Below the pieces are notes generated by a model. The model was not told the DNA's origin. It was given only the letters and a program-made list of their open reading frames with translations, and did no database searches. Source: Octopus sinensis (lineage: Eukaryota). From it: a stretch of DNA of 64,000 nt. The DNA lies in NCBI RefSeq assembly GCF_006345805.1, contig NC_043012.1, positions 620,001 to 684,000 of the forward strand, read 5' to 3'. Each line of letters begins with the position of its first letter. The stretch's first letter is position 1. This document shows, one piece after another, positions 1 through 13,743 of the stretch. Both the position numbers and the translations under genes were made by a program.

Positions 1-65
1 TACTTATGCGTACACACACATATATACACATATATATACATATATATATATATATATACATATAT

Positions 66-116
<51 letters not shown>

Positions 117-170
117 TATATACATACACATATATATATATATATATTATTATATATATAATATATATAT
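1..170. repeat. (TA)n/(CA)n compound microsatellite
   Basis: Direct reading; explains the I/Y-rich pseudo-ORF 4..192. Confidence 0.95.
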
Positions 171-1256
171 GAACACATTTAATTTTAATCATTTTATTTC
201 GTATATTTTCATTTGTCTTGCTTATTTTAATGCTTTGGTTTGTGCTGAGTTTTTATTTGAGAACATATTTGTGGAAAATAGCGATTTGACGTCTATATCT
301 AGCATGTTGACCGTCCACATTTTGTGGTCAGTCCTTTAAATTTTGTATATATATATGAACAAAGGTGTGTAAAAAACGGCTGAGATACTGATATAGTGGA
401 TATTTGAGTTGCATATTTGTCTTCCGGAGTATTTAATATCACCATTCGTTTAGAAACGACGGTGGGGAATTTTTCACCTGCAATTCACATCTTGAAATCG
501 ATCGCAAGGTGAAATCTAAGTTTTCTTCATCTCTGCGTTATTACTATATATTGCGATCGGTTACGCTGTATCGATTGAATTATGTTTATCGTTCTCTGAC
601 ACATTCTAAGGGGGAAAATAAGACTCTGTACCCATAATATAACGTTACAATGAGAACTTGATATGAAATATGAGTGCTTATTGCAAAGTCAGACGTTCGG
701 TACCGCATGACCGAATGACCAAGACTGTTACTTTGCAATCAAGCGATCGATCTCATTGCGTTTCATCTTGAACAAATGTCTTTTCTACAGCATCATGTCG
801 ACCCAAGTGTTGGAAATGAAATTTGGTCGTTGAAAGAGTCTCGGCACAATTGCATTCTTTAATTCCAAAGGCGCAGCCTTTTTTTATAATACAAGCTGCT
901 TTGTTGAACCGATTCTTCCTGGTGATTACGTAAATGGTGTCACTTGTCTACGGAATACTCAGCGCTACTTGTACGATAATTCAATGGCAAGAAATTCATT
1001 AATCGAACACCTCAATCTTCCTTCGGTCAAAACTGTCACAGGATTGATTTCTTTCTTTCAATGAATTTAAATATGTTTTAATCCTGAGAAATATAAAATG
1101 CGCACGTGGCTTGTTATGAAGAAAGTCGCTTGTAACAATTTTGTGGCGGGTTCAGTCCCACTGCGCGACAACTTCGCTAAGAGATTTCTACCAAATTATC
1201 GGACCAGGCAATGCGTCGTGAGGGAATTTGTTAGACAGAAACTGTGTGAAAGCAAA

Positions 1257-1670
1257 GGCGGTGAGCTGGCAGAGACGTTAGCACGCCGGGCGTAATGCTT
1301 AGCAGTATTTCGTCTGCCGTTACGTTCTGAATTCAAATTCCGCCGAGCTCGACTTTCCCTTTCATCCTTTCGGAGAGGATAAATTAAGTACCAGTTACGC
1401 ACTGGGTCGATATAATCGACTTAATCCCTCTGTCTGCCCCTGTTTGTCCCCTCTGTGTTTAGCTCCTTGTGGGTAGTAAAGAAATTGGTATTTCGTCTGC
1501 CGCTACGTTCAGAGTTCAAATTCCGCTGAAGTCGAGTTTGCCTTCCATCCTTTCGGGGTCGATTAAATAAATGACAGTTACGCACTGGGGTCGATATAAT
1601 CGACTCAATCCGTTTGTTTGTTCTTGTTTGTCCCCTCTGTGTTTAGCCCCTTGTGGGTAGTAAAGAAATA
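1257..1670 (+). mobile_element. tRNA-derived SINE family B, one full copy plus a partial second copy, flanked by a 19-bp TSD
   Basis: Head GGCGGTGAGCTGGCAGAGACGTTAGC (A-box like), GTTCTGAATTCAAATTCC (B-box like); body repeats from about 1486; flanks AGAAACTGTGTG(A/G)AAGCAA at 1237-1255 and 1671-1689. Confidence 0.8.
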
Positions 1671-1724
1671 AGAAACTGTGTGGAAGCAAGTCCATCTAAC
1701 GTTTCTGCCAGCTCACCGCCTTTA

Positions 1725-1751
1725 ATAATAATAATGATAATAATAATAATA

Positions 1752-1792
<41 letters not shown>

Positions 1793-1818
1793 TAATAATA
1801 ATAATAATAATAATAAAA

Positions 1819-1889
<71 letters not shown>
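1725..1889 (+). repeat. (TAA)n microsatellite
   Basis: Direct reading. Confidence 0.95.
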
Positions 1890-2130
1890 CATAGTAGGCA
1901 CATTAGTATGTAAAAAAAATATTCAGACAATAAATAACAACAAAACACCAGGACGTACAACACATATAGATACAGAAAATTAGAAAATTGCACTATGGGC
2001 ACTGCACACATTACTACATAAAACACTTTCAATACAGTAACCATCACAAAAATCACAAAAAATAACCCAAGGCACAAGAGCTGCGCTCGGTAGTGAAGTG
2101 AAAACACGCTATAAAAATAAAACTACTGAA
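1890..2130 (+). mobile_element. 3' fragment of R4/Dong-like retrotransposon, subfamily A
   Basis: Matches 6021-6270 (catagtagg...gcactgcacac...gagctgcgctcggtagtgaagtgaaa...aaactactgaa), with (TAA)n on both sides. Confidence 0.85.
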
Positions 2131-2192
2131 TAATAATAATTAATAATAATAATAATAATAATTAATAATAATAAAATAACAATATAACAAAC

Positions 2193-2260
<68 letters not shown>

Positions 2261-2325
2261 TAATTAAATAATAATAATAATATAATAATATATGATATAA
2301 TGAATATAATTTTTTTTTTTTTTTT

Positions 2326-5300
2326 AAGAGAGAACACCGGGGGACTTTTACGATGTAAGAAGGAAAATTCAGAGCTCGAAACCTATCCACAAACATCGAA
2401 AACAAGGACATCCTATGGAGCCAAAGTTTTACTAAAACAAAGAATTGGACTGTATCCGAGTAAGTAATACAAATTGAAATTTATTAAATTTTCGAAACGA
2501 ACTGAGTATTTTGACTCGATATCATCTCCACCTCTAACGCAACACATGTAAACATGCGTGAAAAATCACGATCATCTCCGACCCCAAACACCATGTACAA
2601 GGAAACTACGAAGAAATTAAATGCCACCGATACTATTCAACCAAGAATAACAATCGAGCGGTACGTACATTAAACCTACAACAAAAAATGTACGAAAAAC
2701 TACACGTGCGAAATAATGTGACAACAGAAATAAATAAACGGACCGGTACCCTACGAAAATGACGACCGTCAAAATAATGGGCCGGACGTTGTACCTCATG
2801 TCCCGCAAATAAAACCAAAAAGACGTAAATGGACACGTGAGGAATACATTTCTATCTACAAGCATATTTCACAGCAGTACTCTACCCAAAAAATGAAAAT
2901 ACAACAAAACATACATAAAATATGGAAGGGAAAATAATAGAGATTTAGACTTGGATACAGCAATGAACCCTAATAAATTAGCTAACGTACGAAGATACAT
3001 TCTCAACACAAAAAAAATATCAGAAATAGAAATAGAACACCTAAAAGAAAACATACCACAGGAAAATGTAGATAGAAGCCACACACAATGCCCAATAATA
3101 TAAACAAGAAACTGTAAAAACACGAAGACAAACCAAACATTCCCAACAAACACGATGTAAACAACGAAGGGGAGCCTAATGATTATGATAATATAAAAAA
3201 TAAAATAATCAAAGAACTAAAAACCACAGAGCTCAAAATGGACCACCGACCATACCTCCCAAGAATAAAAATAAACGAATAACAACACCAATTATAAACA
3301 ACATAAACCTAGCCGTCACTGAAACTAAGCCATGAAACAAAAAAAAAGTGATATCACTGAACTAAATGACTTGATATACGCAGCAGCCACTGCAGCCACA
3401 AAAGAAGCTGGATACTCACCCAAACCCGCCCAAACAGGAGTACCACACCCCAAAAAAACCCTGTGGATAAATAACATCCACAAACAAATAAAAAAAATTA
3501 GAAAAGACCTGTCGATTCTTAATGAAATCAGCAAAAAAAGCAACGCTACTGAGCAACAAAAAGAGAACAAAAATGCTCCGCAAATATAGCACCACAGAAA
3601 AGATTTGCCGGAGATAAAGGAAAAGCTGAAGCAAGATATCCTTGCCAAAGCTCAAAGGATCCGCCGGTACGAGAAACGCCAACGCTTCTGAACAGAAAAA
3701 AAGTTCAACTCGACCCCAAAAAGTTCTACCAAGAACTGGGCAAAAATAAAATAGAATAGAAGTCACTGCAGCACCAACGGCAGAAGAATTGGAAGAATTC
3801 TGGGGAGAAATATGGTCGGCGAAAGACCACCAAAAAAAAGGAGTATCAAAATAACAAACTCGGCATCTGAAAAAACTTGGACCCCATAACAACTGAAGAG
3901 GTCACCCAGGCACTGCAAAGACTAAGCAACAGGAAGGCACCTGGGCATGACAAGATCCCCAACTTCTGGTTGAAATATCTAACAGGAATGCACAAAAAGC
4001 TGCTGAAACTTTAACAGCATACTAGCAGAGCCAGAGACAATGCCTGAATGGCTCACGAAGGGGAAAACCATCTTAATTCCCAAATCAAATGAAACAGAAA
4101 ACCAGAAAAACTACAGACATAAAACCTGCCTCCCTACTGTTCAAGGCATTTACTGCAGTGATATCACAAAGGCTGAACAAGCACCTGGACGAAAACAAAC
4201 TGTTCCCAGAAGAGCAGAAAGGATGCGGCAAAGGCTCATATGCTGTAAAGATCAACTAATGATTAATAAAGCCATAAATGAAGACAGCCCAGAAAGAAGA
4301 AAAGGCCTCAGTATGGCTGGATTGACTACAAAAAGGCGTTTGCATAGCATCCCCCACACATGGATCCTCGAAACACTAGCCATTAACAATAGTAGCACCA
4401 AAAATCATAAAATTCATAGAGCACTCTATGAATAAATGGCAAACAGTCCTACACCTCCAAACAAAAGAGGGACATGAAAACAAAGACATCCCCATTAGAA
4501 GAGGAATATTCCAGGGAGATACGCTCTTCCACTCCTTTTCTGCTTGGCACTGTCACCTCTATCTGATATGCTAAATAGAACTGGATGCGGATATAATGTT
4601 ACGGCAAAACGTTCAGCCACCTTTTATATATGGATGACCTAAAACTATACGCTGCAAATGACAAACAGCTGGAAACACTATTAAAGACAGTTCATGGATT
4701 TACCAAAGAAATAGATATGAAATTGGATTAGAAAAATGCGCCAAAGTAACCATGAAAAGAGGAAAACTAGTTAAGAGTAACAACATCACATAGATGAAGC
4801 AAATGAATAAAGAATTAGACCAAAGCCAAACTTACAAATACTTAGGAATCCATGAACTAGATAAGACACAAACAAACAAATGAAAGAGAAAATAAAAAAG
4901 AATATTATAGACGAGTAGATCAATACTAAACACAGAGCTCAATGCTAAAAAAAGATAATAGGTATCAACACTTTAGCTGTCCAATTATAAGTTACAGCTA
5001 CAATATCCTTAACTGGACACGAAATGAACTGACAAAATAGACAGGAAAACAAGAAAAATATGACAGATCTAGGATGCATCACCCAAAATCTGACATAGAA
5101 AGACTAGATATACAACGTATAGAAGTGGTAGAGGCCTTATACAGCTGGAAAACTACTATAAAATAACCACATAGGACTGCAAAAATATCTACTTCAGAAG
5201 GAAGGAAAACTGATCCAGATAGCGGCAAAACACGAGCAAAACAAAAAACTGTTCAGTATTTAAGGAAGCTGACAAATAAAAAACAAGAAATCATACCACC

Positions 5301-6265
5301 TAATAAACATGAAGAAGCAGAAAGAGATGATGAAGAAACAACAAAAGCTATAAAAAAATGAAATCCAAACTAAAAATAGAACAGCAACGAACCATGATAA
5401 AACGATGGCAGAAAAGCCCCTTCATGGTAAATACTGGACTAAACTAAACGCAAAAGAAATAGACAAAAGAAAATCCCAGCAATGGTTGAGAAGCTCAGGA
5501 CTCAAAGCAAAAACAGAGGGAGTTTTAATTGCAGCACAAGACCAAAGCCTCCCACCAAAATACCAAAAACATGTAATGAAAAGAAATATTACAAGTAACT
5601 GAGAATATGTGGAGATGGACAAGAAACATAAATCATATTATCTCTAGTGGCCAGTCCTGGCTAAGAAGGAATATATTCACAGACATGACAGAGGTTGGAA
5701 CTTACATACATGGAAGCTATGCCAACATTATGGAATAACAACAGAAAAAAGATGGTATAGGCACACACAGAAAAGGTCACAGAAAACGAGAAAGCAACCA
5801 TACTCTGGGATATGCCGATACACACAGATAGAGAAATTAAGGCCAACAGGACCAGATATAGTTGTCAGAGACCATGAAGAAAAAAAATGTTTTCTAATTG
5901 ATGTATCAGTACCGGCAGATGACAACGTTGTCTCTAAAAGAAATGGAGAAACTCTCAAAATACAAAGACCTGGAAATAGAGGTAACTAGAATGTGGAATC
6001 TGAAAAAGAACAATTCCTATCATAGTAGGTGCATTAGGCATGATAAAAAAATATTCAGACAAATACATAACAAAAAACACCAGGACTTACAAACACATAT
6101 AACATACAGAAAATTGCACTACTAGGCACTGCACACATCCTACGCAGAACACTTTCCATACAATAACCATCAGAGCATCACAAAAATCACAGCACATACC
6201 CAAGCACACAGAGCTGCGCTCGGTAGTGAAGTGAAAGCACGCTATAAAAATAAAAAATAAAACTA

Positions 6266-6270
<5 letters not shown>
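2326..6270 (+). mobile_element. Near full-length R4/Dong-clade RLE non-LTR retrotransposon (subfamily A); single RT-RLE ORF broken by frameshifts
   Basis: Conceptual translation gives N-terminal RKWTREEY...NPNKLANVRRYIL, APGHDKIPNFWLKYL, PEWLTKGKTILIPKS, RGIFQGD, HLLYMDDLKLYA, a CCHC-region remnant, then RPDIVVRDHEEKKCFLIDVS...EKLSKYKDLEIEV (PD..D..K nuclease). The 3' UTR ends in (TAA)n. The 5' boundary is uncertain. Confidence 0.9.
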
Positions 6271-6344
<74 letters not shown>

Positions 6345-6350
6345 GTAATA

Positions 6351-7027
6351 ACCTCTGCACGGCAAATATGTGGCCCGTAGCAAACAAGCTGATGTTGACC
6401 AGAAGCAAACCCATCAGTGGCTACGGAGCTCAGGGGTAAAAGCAGAGAGCGAAGGTTTCATCCTGGCTGCTCAAGATCAAAGCCTATTTACCCTGAACTA
6501 CCAGGCCAATGTAATGAAAAATGGAGCAGACCCAAAATGCCGATTCTGCAACGACATGATTGAAACAGTGGACCACCTAATCTCTGGATATAAAGTCTTA
6601 GCACCAGTGTGATCATAACATCTCGGCGAAAGAGTTTGACAAGCTCAGAAAATATAAAGACCTGCTCATGGAAATTGAGAAAATGTGGCATCTCAAGGCG
6701 GTTACAATACCAGTGATCGTAGGAGCACTAGGAATGATCAAGAAGGGAACCAAAAATTATATGAGAATGATCCCTGGCTTACCATCCCTGCAAGAAGTGC
6801 AAATGATTGTCTTAACTGGTACATCACACGTATTGAGAAGAGCATTGTCGATGTGAGAACTATTACTACCCATGTATTTTAATTTAACTTTAAAAAAAAA
6901 AATTAAACGAACTAGTGAGTTTAGTTTAATGGCCTACCAATGTATACTATGAGTTTCTTTGCCCTAAGAGTCGGGAAGACACTCGGCAAGAAATGGAAGC
7001 AAATTTGAAAGAAGAGGGAAAAAAAGA
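6351..7027 (+). mobile_element. 5'-truncated R4/Dong-like element, subfamily B (CCHC + RLE + distinct 3' UTR)
   Basis: PLHGKY...WLRSSGVKAESEGFILAAQDQSL...PKCRFCNDMIETVDHLISG, then after an internal deletion EIEKMWHLKAVTIPVIVGALG...LTGTSHVLRRALSM*; (TAA)n on both sides. Confidence 0.85.
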
Positions 7028-7056
7028 TAATAATAATGGTAATAATAATAATAATG

Positions 7057-7117
<61 letters not shown>

Positions 7118-7818
7118 GATGATGATGATGTTGATGTATATATATATATATTTTTTTCTGTATCTGTGTATTTATGCATGTATGTAAACACACACATATG
7201 TATGGAGGCATACAAGCAAACATGATTTGTGTGTTTACCACTGAGTGGAAGTTCCGGATTGAAACTTTCCCATGCAATGATATTCGTACACGGCAGACAT
7301 GGTTAATTGAGAACTTATAGCGAATTGATATCTGATGGTACGTAGTTCGATCCCAAGTGGCGCAATGGTGTTTATATTATAAAGCAGAGTTAGGCTTGCC
7401 AAATAATCCATCTTATTGAAGTGAAAGTTAAGATAATGACTCATCTAAGGTAGATTTTTCTATCTCTTTCGTTCCCAAATGCCTACTTAAATGTGCCTCT
7501 ATATCTGTTACTTACCAGTATTCACTAACTCGCGCACGCGCACACCTATGTGTGTGAGTGAGCGTGTGAGTCTGTTTGCGTGTGATTGTGTGTGTGTGTG
7601 TGTGTTCTTGCGTGTGTGTGTGTATGAGTTTACAAGTACAGGCGTGGCTTTTTGGTAAGAATTTCGATTCCTAATTGCATGGTTCCGGGTTCAGTCCCAC
7701 TGCGTGTGAATATGGGCAGGTGTTTTGTAGTATAGACCTAGATGGAGTGAAGTCGCTTGTAAGTGGATTTGTTAGATGCAAACAGAAATAAACACGTCGT
7801 TGTGTATATATATGTATG

Positions 7819-7894
<76 letters not shown>

Positions 7895-7895
<1 letters not shown>

Positions 7896-8152
7896 CTCTC
7901 TTTTACCCTTTTACTTGTTTCAGTCATTTGACTGTGGCCATGCTGAAGCATCGCCTTTAGTCGAGCAAATTTACACCAGGACTTATTCTTTGTAAGCTTA
8001 GTACTTATTCTATCAGTCTCTTTTGCCGAACCGCTAAGTTACGGGGACGTAAATACACAGGCATCGATTGTCAAGCGATGTTGGGTGGACAATCACAGAC
8101 ACACAAACATATACATAAACACATACACAGATAGATATATACATACATATAT

Positions 8153-8187
<35 letters not shown>

Positions 8188-8349
8188 CATATATACGACA
8201 GGCTTCTTTCAGTTTCCGTCTACCAAATCCACAAATCGACTCACAAGGCTTTGGTCGGCCCGAGGCTATAGTAGAAGACACTTACCCAAGGTGCCACGCA
8301 GTAGGACTGAACCCGGAAGCATGTGGTTGTTAGGTAAGCTACTTACCAC
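7895..8349 (-). mobile_element. SINE family A (tRNA head, CORE-like CTTGGGCAAGTGTC, internal microsatellite, TAAAAGAG tail)
   Basis: Colinear with the many other family A copies in the window. Confidence 0.85.
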
Positions 8350-8394
8350 CAACTACTATATATATATATACACACACACACACACAACACACAC

Positions 8395-8439
<45 letters not shown>

Positions 8440-8719
8440 GAAGAGGGGTACTAATCAGCACCAGTATTGATAGGAATACTAGCCAAAACAATTCTCAATA
8501 GTCAACAAAATCAATATCTTAACGAACACGCTCCCTATGGTCGCAGATACAGCCAGATGATCGATGATTTCGTGTTTTGATGCTTAATGCATCTCAACGC
8601 TCATGAGAGACTCTCACTGTGACTAAGCAGCAACGTAACAACGAAGACACGCGACTTTTGCTGGCTGGCTGATTAGTGCCCTTGTTGAATTTAGTGACTT
8701 ATATATTCTTTTCTAACCT

Positions 8720-9122
8720 AGGTACGAGGTCTGAAATTTTATGGGAGGAGGGCAGTCGATTATATCGACCCCAGTACGCAACTGATACTTATTCTATCGA
8801 CCCCGAGGGGATGAAAGGCAAAGTCGACCTCAGCGGAATTTGGACTCAGAACGTAAAGACACACGAAATACTGCAAGCATTTCGCCCGGCGTGCTACCAT
8901 TTCTTATTTCTTTATTGCCCACAAGGGGCTAAACACAGAGGAGACAAACAAGGACAGACACACGGATCAAGTCGATTACATTTACTCCAGTGCGTAACTG
9001 GTACTTATTTAATCGACCCCGAAAGGATGAAAGGCAAAGTCGACCTCGGCGAACGTAACGGCTGACGAAATACGGCTAAGCATTTCGCCCAGCGTGCTTA
9101 ACGTCTCTGCCAGCTCGCCGCC
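8720..9122 (-). mobile_element. Two tandem SINE family B copies
   Basis: Two blocks of atcgaccccga..ggatgaaaggcaaagtcgacctc, ending in tctctgccagctcgccgcc (reverse complement of the head). Confidence 0.8.
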
Positions 9123-9449
9123 TGTAGTGACGTATATATTCCTGCCTTCAGGTCGTAATATTGCGATTTAGCCACCCATGTATGTATATATGTGTATATG
9201 TGTGTGTTTGTGCATGTTTATGTTAAGGACAGTACGCCGGTCCATCGTAGAGTTACTCACTTTTCGCTCAAGATCACAACATAACCATCAGTCCTGGAGA
9301 TAGAATCACTATTTTACTATATTAAGGGCAAAAAGCTATCGACTAAGGCACATAACACCACACACGCATGCGAACACACGCGCGCTCACACATACATGTG
9401 CCTGCATGTATAAATATATACATATATATTCAGACATATAATTACGCAC

Positions 9450-9612
9450 GTATACATACATACATACATACATTCATACATACATACATACATACATACA
9501 TACATACATACATACATACATACATACATACATACATACATACATACATTCATGCATATATATATATATATATATAATTATATATGTTTATATAAATTTA
9601 TCTATCTATCTT

Positions 9613-9665
<53 letters not shown>

Positions 9666-10352
9666 ATATCTATCTACATATATATATATATGTATGTATC
9701 ACAAATTTAGCGTACATGTATACGTAATATATAACACACATATATATATACATACACAGATAATTCTATGTGATTATAGTGTGGGAGTATATCTATACAA
9801 ACACACATATGAGTGTGTGTGTGTATATATATATATATACACATCTATGGATGTATTTGTACCTATACCTACCTACATACATACATACATAAGTGTGTGT
9901 GTGTATGTGTGTGCGTGTGTGCGTGTGTGTGTGTATCTCAGTGGGATACCATAGAGGCTGGGTGTTACACACAATTCATCAATATGAAAGTAACTCCTCT
10001 TCGCTTTATATCTTAGAGTTTTCTAAATATAAACCCAACGCTGTTTTTAACTGCCAAACACAATATTACGTAAGCTCTTGGATATTAAAAAATAACAAAA
10101 AGCTTCAATGACTTTCAGGATCCAATGCTCTTCACGCTATACATGTATGTGTAAATATGTGTGTGTGTGTGTGGTGTGTGTGTGGTGTGTGTGTGTGTGT
10201 GTGTGTGTAGATGGATACAGAGATAAATATATAGATACAAATATTTACACATATATATATGTATGTATATATATATATATGTGTGTGTGTATATATATAT
10301 ATATCGATGTATATAAATGTTTGTGTGTGTACCTATATATATATACATATAC

Positions 10353-10401
<49 letters not shown>

Positions 10402-10442
10402 CATATACATATGTATATGTATATTTATATATATATATATAG

Positions 10443-10476
<34 letters not shown>

Positions 10477-10528
10477 TATATAATAGATATATATATATAA
10501 TATATATATATATATAATATATATATAG

Positions 10529-10559
<31 letters not shown>

Positions 10560-10590
10560 GTATGCATGTATGTATGTATGTATGTATACG
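9450..10590. repeat. Compound (TACA)n, (TATC)n, (TG)n and (TA)n microsatellite field
   Basis: Direct reading. Confidence 0.85.
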
Positions 10591-11577
10591 GTGAGATAGA
10601 GAGAGAAAGCGAGTCAAGATCTATTTATATTTCCTATATTTTGATGTCTAAAACAATATTTACAATAAGAAAATATACCAGAGAAAATGTCATCCTATAC
10701 TTTGAATATACATTACAGCCTCTTTAATGCCATTATCGGAATAGTACTAACTTTATATTAACAAGTTCAGATCCCGTCGAAATCCTCTTTGTTCTGGATC
10801 ATTAGAATTAGTTTTACTAGTCAAGTAGGTTATTCGAGGGTTTTGATTACCCCACATCCAATCAATAATGTCGACCTTTTGAAAACCAATATTGGTAAAA
10901 CATTGTAATAGACACCGAAGAGATTGAAAGAGGCAATGACAGTTTCAGAAAAAGAAGAAAAAAAAGAAGTAAATAAGTGGAAATTGAACCGGTGAACGTG
11001 TTAATTATTAAGGCATTGAAACAGAATGATCCGCCCCAGACACAACAAAATTGTAATAGAAATTTTCTTGGCAGAATCTAACAATTTCGAACGTGGGACA
11101 TGTGGAAAATTCTGGAAGGGCGTGGTATCCTAATTTCTTTTCTTTTTTTTTTTTTTGTGGGTTTGGATAATTGTGAAAATCTTTTCTGTAATTGTGAAAA
11201 ACTTCTTTTGAATTATGATAATCCCTTTTTTTTTTAAGTCAATAATGTTTTTTTTTTTTTTTTTTTTGTAGTCAGAACTTAAAATAGTTACCAATAGATC
11301 TTTTGGCATTAGACAACTGTGATAAAATATTAAAAATAAAGCTGGGTTTTTTTTTCCCAATTACTTGTGGGTATATATTTTGCTGTAAAGTTATAGTGGC
11401 ATCTGGGTAAAAATCGATTGGGAAACACTGCGTTCGACCGTCAGCGAAAGTGCTTAACAATTTGTCATCGATTATCTACGTTTTGAGTTCAAATCGTTTC
11501 GTGTTTACTTTCGCCTTTCATCGTTCCCGGCTGTGTAAAATAAGATAATAACGAAATACTTTGGTCGATATTCTTAT

Positions 11578-11796
11578 ACTCTTTTACTCTTTTACTTGTT
11601 TCAGTCATTTGACTGTGGCCATGCTGGAGCACCGCCTTTTAATCGACAACTCGACCCCGGGACTTATTCTTTTGTAAGCCCAGTACTTATTCTATCGGTC
11701 TCTTTTGCCGAACCGCTACGTGACGGGGACATAAACACACCAGCATCGGTTGTCAAGCAATGCTAGGGGACAAACCAGGCACACAAACACACACCA

Positions 11797-11841
<45 letters not shown>

Positions 11842-12000
11842 CGACGGGCTTCTTTCAGTTTCCGTCTACCAAATTCACTCACAAGGCTTTGGTCGGCCCG
11901 AGGCTATAGTAGAAGACACTTGCCCAGGGTGCCACGCAGTGGGACTGAACCCGGAACCATGTGGTTGGTAGACAAGCTACTTACCACACAGCCACTCCTG
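11578..12000 (-). mobile_element. SINE family A, full length
   Basis: Tail tactcttttactc through head ccacacagccactcctg. Confidence 0.9.
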
Positions 12001-12106
12001 ATATGTTCTTAGATTTTAAAACGATCATTTTCCAGGATGCGACCATACTGAAGCACCATGTGATTGGCTTTTATTTCTCATTCATTCTTGGGTTTTCTTT
12101 CCGAAA

Positions 12107-12281
12107 TTGTGTCTGGTGAAGTAGTGAGTTGGAGAGAAGTGCTTTTCTTTGTGTCTTCTGCCGCGTTGTAGGCTTACCTGGCACCGCAGATGGGATTTTG
12201 TTCAAATGCTTTTTGAAAACATCCACATCTACTCCTCGAAGGTCTCTGAGGATGTTTGGAAGGATATTGAATAACTGTGGG
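12107..12281 (-). mobile_element. CR1/L2-like LINE 3' fragment
   Basis: Minus-strand translation PQLFNILPNILRDLRGVDVDVFKKHLNKIPSAVPGKPTTRQ...SNSLLHQ resembles CR1-group ORF2 C-termini. Confidence 0.65.
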
Positions 12282-12645
12282 TATTATCTTTATCTACTCT
12301 CAGTACAACAATTTCATTACAGTTTATTATTTAGTTAGAGCAAGGCAATGATCTGCCAGAATTGTTAGCACAATGGGTACTATGCTTACCAACATTTCGT
12401 TCATCTTTACACTGTGAGTTCAAATTTCGTCGAGGTGTACTTTAATTTTTATCCTCGCGGCGTTTGATAGAGTAAAGTACCAATCAAGTACTGGGGGTCA
12501 ATGTAATCGAAAATTTCGTACTTTTTTACCATAGCAAAAAGGATTATTAAACTATACTGCACTATAAATGTATAATTTTGTCACGTGGTTAATATCAAGA
12601 AATGTGGTAAGCATAAAATAATTTTACATCATTTTTGTATTAGCT

Positions 12646-13021
12646 TACTCTTTTATTTGTTTCAGCCATTTGGCTGTGGCCATGCTGGAGCACCGCCTTT
12701 AGTCGAGCAAATCGACCCCAGGACTTATTCTTTGTAAGCCTAGTTCTTAGTCTATCGGTCTCGTTTGCCGAACCGCTAAGTTACGGGGACGTAAACACAC
12801 CAACATTTATTGTCAAGCGATGTTGGGGGACAAATACAGACACACATACATATATACGATGGGCTTCTTTCAGTTTCCGTCTACCAAATCCACTCACAAG
12901 GCTTTGGACGGCCCGAGGCTATAGTAGAAGACGCTTGCCCAAGGTGCCACGTAGTGGGACTGAACCCGGAAGCATGTGGTTCGTAAGAAAGCTACTTACC
13001 ACACAGCCACTCCTACGCCTA
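12646..13021 (-). mobile_element. SINE family A, full length
   Basis: Colinear with the other copies. Confidence 0.9.
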
Positions 13022-13359
13022 TAGCAAGATATTTCATGTGAACAAAATAATTCTAATTTTATCTTTACAAAATTCTTGGAACTTATGCAAAACTATATTA
13101 ATACTAATTTTTAAAAGAAAAATATTTATTTTCTTAAAATAAAATAAAATGCATTTCTCATTTGTATACTTGCAATAAATTTGTTATAATTTTTCAAAAT
13201 TTTATGAACATAATCGCAGTCTTCTTCATCGAAAATCATTTTTTTACAAAATTTGCCAAAAAATCGTTATCATTGTCTGCCACCAAGCCTCGTATGTGCA
13301 CTCACTCTTCATTTCAAATCGTAACACTATATCTTTTTTTTTAATTCTCACCCAATAAC

Positions 13360-13390
<31 letters not shown>

Positions 13391-13743
13391 GCCTCTCTCC
13401 TTCTGCCTGTCTGTCTTTATATCGTCTCTTGCTCTCCCTCTCTCTTTACCTTTCTATACGATGTGAAGCGTCAACGGAAAAAACCCCACTGTCTAATCGA
13501 TATTTATATCGATTATTATAAAAGAGAGATGACGTTGTAGTTTTTTTTTTACGCTTTTGTCTTAAGCCTGCATCTGGCTGTGTCCGATCTCAACATAGAC
13601 TCGGATTAACGCAGCCACGTTCAATTTTATTCGTGCAAATAGATCGGATGCCCATCAGTTATACATAAATATATGAATAAATGTGTATACGCACAAATAC
13701 ACACACAAACACACACACAGGCACATATTCTTTTATTCATTTA

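Noticed and set aside
690-1050. Mariner remnant
   Set aside because: Only a VPH-like hint; no catalytic motifs readable.
2326-2600. HDV-like ribozyme at the 5' end of the R4-like element
   Set aside because: Expected by analogy with R2-type elements, but I could not fit P1/P2/P3/P1.1 by eye; needs a descriptor search.
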